Source: Heptranchias perlo (Eukaryota). From it: 64,000 nucleotides of DNA. Below are positions 60,630 through 64,000 of the stretch, piece after piece. The position numbers were made by a program, and so were the translations under genes. Location of the stretch: positions 13,950,001 to 14,014,000 of the forward strand of contig NC_090366.1 of the NCBI RefSeq assembly GCF_035084215.1, given 5' to 3'. Every line of letters begins with the position of its first letter. The stretch's first letter is position 1. The notes under the pieces are model-generated. The model saw only the letters and a program-made list of their open reading frames with translations, searched no databases and was not told the DNA's origin.

Positions 60630-63600
60630 CGGAGAGAGAGAGAGAGAGAGAGAGAGACAGGCAGAGAGAGAGAGAGAGACAGACAGAGAGAGAGAGGTCG
60701 AGACAGAGACGGGCAGACAGAGAGAGAGAGGTCGAGACAGAGACGGGCAGACAGAGAGAGAGAGGTCGAGACAGAGACGGGCAGACAGAGAGAGAGAGGT
60801 CGAGACAGAGACGGGCAGACAGAGAGAGAGAGGTCGAGACAGAGACGGGCAGACAGAGAGAGAGAGGTCGAGACAGAGACGGGCAGACAGAGAGAGAGAG
60901 GTCGAGACAGAGACGGGCAGACAGAGAGAGAGAGGTCGAGACAGAGACGGGCAGACAGAGAGAGAGAGGTCGAGACAGAGACGGGCAGACAGAGAGAGAG
61001 GTCGAGACAGAGACGGGCAGACAGAGAGAGAGGTCGAGACAGAGACGGGCAGACAGAGAGAGAGGTCGAGACAGAGACGGGCAGGCAGAGAGAGAGATCG
61101 AGACAGAGACGGGCAGGCAGAGAGAGAGATCGAGACAGAGACGGGCAGGCAGAGAGAGAGATCGAGACAGAGACGGGCAGGCAGAGAGAGAGATCGAGAC
61201 AGAGACGGGCAGGCAGAGAGAGAGATCGAGACAGAGACAGGCAGGCAGAGAGAGAGATCGAGACAGAGACAGGCAGGCAGAGAGAGAGATCGAGACAGAC
61301 AGACAGGCAGAGAGATCGAGACAGACAGACAGACAGCGAGATCGAGACAGACAGACAGACAGCGAGATCGAGACAGACAGACAGACAGCGAGATCGAGAC
61401 AGACAGACAGACAGCGAGATCGAGACAGACAGACAGCGAGATCGAGACAGACAGACAGCGAGATCGAGACAGACAGACAGCGAGATCGAGACAGACAGAC
61501 AGCGAGATCGAGACAGACAGACAGCGAGATCGAGACAGACAGACAGCGAGATCGAGACAGACAGACAGACAGACAGCGAGATCGAGACAGACAGACAGCG
61601 AGATCGAGACAGACAGACAGCGAGATCGAGACAGACAGACAGCGAGATCGAGACAGACAGACAGCGAGATCGAGACAGACAGACAGCGAGATCGAGACAG
61701 ACAGACAGCGAGATCGAGACAGACAGACAGCGAGATCGAGACAGACAGACAGCGAGATCGAGACAGACACAGAGATCGAGACAGACACAGAGATCGAGAC
61801 AGACACAGAGATCGAGACAGACACAGAGATCGAGACAGACACAGAGATCGAGACAGACACAGAGATCGAGACAGACACAGAGATCGAGACAGACACAGAG
61901 ATCGAGACAGACACAGAGATCGAGACAGACACAGAGATCGAGACAGACACAGAGATCGAGACAGACACAGAGATCGAGACAGACACAGAGATCGAGACAG
62001 ACACAGAGATCGAGACAGACACAGAGATCGAGACAGACACAGAGATCGAGACAGACACAGAGACAGACACAGAGATCGAGACAGACACAGAGATCGAGAC
62101 AGACACAGAGATCGAGACAGACACAGAGATCGAGACAGACACAGAGATCGAGACAGACACAGAGATCGAGACAGACACAGAGATCGAGACAGACACAGAG
62201 ATCGAGACAGACACAGAGATCGAGACAGACACAGAGATCGAGACAGACACAGAGATCGAGACAGACACAGAGATCGAGACAGACACAGAGATCGAGACAG
62301 ACACAGAGATCGAGACAGACACAGAGATCGAGACAGACACAGAGATCGAGACAGACAGACAGAGATCGAGACAGACAGACAGAGATCGAGACAGACAGAC
62401 AGAGATCGAGACAGACAGACAGAGATCGAGACAGACAGACAGAGATCGAGACAGACAGACAGAGATCGAGACAGACAGACAGAGATCGAGACAGACAGAC
62501 AGAGATCGAGACAGACAGACAGAGATCGAGACAGACAGACAGAGATCGAGACAGACAGACAGAGATCGAGACAGACAGACAGAGATCGAGACAGACAGAC
62601 AGAGATCGAGACAGACAGACAGAGATCGAGACAGACAGACAGAGATCGAGACAGACAGACAGAGCGAGACAGACAGACAGAGATCGAGACAGACAGACAC
62701 AGAGATCGAGACAGACAGACACAGAGATCGAGACAGACACAGAGATCGAGACAGACACAGAGATCGAGACAGACACAGAGATCGAGACAGACACAGAGAT
62801 CGAGACAGACACAGAGATCGAGACAGACACAGAGATCGAGACAGACACAGAGATCGAGACAGACACAGAGATCGAGACAGACACAGAGATCGAGACAGAC
62901 ACAGAGATCGAGACAGACACAGAGATCGAGACAGACGACAGAGATCGAGACAGACAGACAGAGATCGAGACAGACAGACAGAGATCGAGACAGACAGACA
63001 GAGATCGAGACAGACAGACAGAGATCGAGACAGACAGACAGAGATCGAGACAGACAGACAGACGAGATCGAGACGACAGACAGACAGAGATCGAGACAGA
63101 CAGACAGAGATCGAGACAGACAGACAGAGATCGAGACAGACAGACAGAGATCGAGACAGACAGACAGAGATCGAGGCAGACAGACAGAGATCGAGGCAGA
63201 CAGACAGAGATCGAGGCAGACAGACAGAGATCGAGGCAGACAGACAGAGATCGAGGCAGACAGACAGAGATCGAGGCAGACAGACAGAGATCGAGGCAGA
63301 CAGACAGAGATCGAGGCAGACAGACAGAGATCGAGACAGACAGACAGAGATCGAGACAGACAGACAGAGATCGAGACAGACAGACAGAGATCGAGACAGA
63401 CAGACAGAGATCGAGACAGACAGACAGAGATCGAGACAGACAGACAGAGATCGAGACAGACAGACAGAGATCGAGACAGACAGACAGAGATCGAGACAGA
63501 CAGACAGAGATCGAGACAGACAGACAGAGATCGAGACAGACAGACAGAGATCGAGACAGACAGACAGAGATCGAGACAGACAGACAGAGATCGAGACAGA

Positions 63601-64000
63601 CAGACAGAGATCGAGACAGACAGACAGAGATCGAGACAGACAGACAGAGATCGAGACAGACAGACAGAGATCGAGACAGACAGACAGAGATCGAGACAGA
63701 CAGACAGAGATCGAGACAGACAGACAGAGATCGAGACAGACAGACAGAGATCGAGACAGACAGACAGAGATCGAGACAGACAGACAGAGATCGAGACAGA
63801 CAGACAGAGATCGAGACAGACAGACAGAGATCGAGACAGACAGACAGAGATCGAGACAGACAGACAGAGATCGAGACAGACAGACAGAGATCGAGACAGA
63901 CAGACAGAGATCGAGACAGACAGACAGAGATCGAGACAGACAGACAGAGATCGAGACAGACAGACAGAGATCGAGACAGACAGACAGAGATCGAGACAGA
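60630..64000. repeat. GA-rich compound satellite (units of 34, 32, 26, 22 and 18 bp around a TCGAGACAGA core), running off the window end
   Basis: For example (GAGATCGAGACAGACACA)n and (GAGATCGAGACAGACAGACAGA)n. Confidence 0.95.

Noticed and set aside
60554-62920. Cys-rich (CVCLDL)n ORFs
   Set aside because: These are translations of a GA-rich satellite.

Overview
Repeat-dense vertebrate genomic DNA, most likely from a cartilaginous fish (shark-type CR1, L2, Penelope-like and Deu-domain tRNA SINE families), with two assembly gaps (29957-30298, 37695-38002). Two spliced genes were reconstructed by hand and lie tail-to-tail. (1) A + strand Siglec-family receptor of about 629 aa, with 9 coding exons at 5406-21381: leader, V-set domain with the sialic-acid-binding Arg, four C2-set domains (two from a recent 1108-bp exon duplication), a TM segment and a tyrosine-motif tail. 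(2) A - strand beta-1,4-galactosyltransferase-3-like gene of about 356 aa, with 6 coding exons at 39420-26380. Its catalytic motifs are intact, but exons 1-2 carry three single-base indels. A pair of oppositely oriented CTCF-consensus motifs lies between the two coding regions. Almost all long ORFs in the supplied track are artefacts of minisatellites, several of which grew out of SINE or LINE sequence. Examples are a 33-bp unit expanding inside SINE copies and a 51-bp unit inside CR1 copies.
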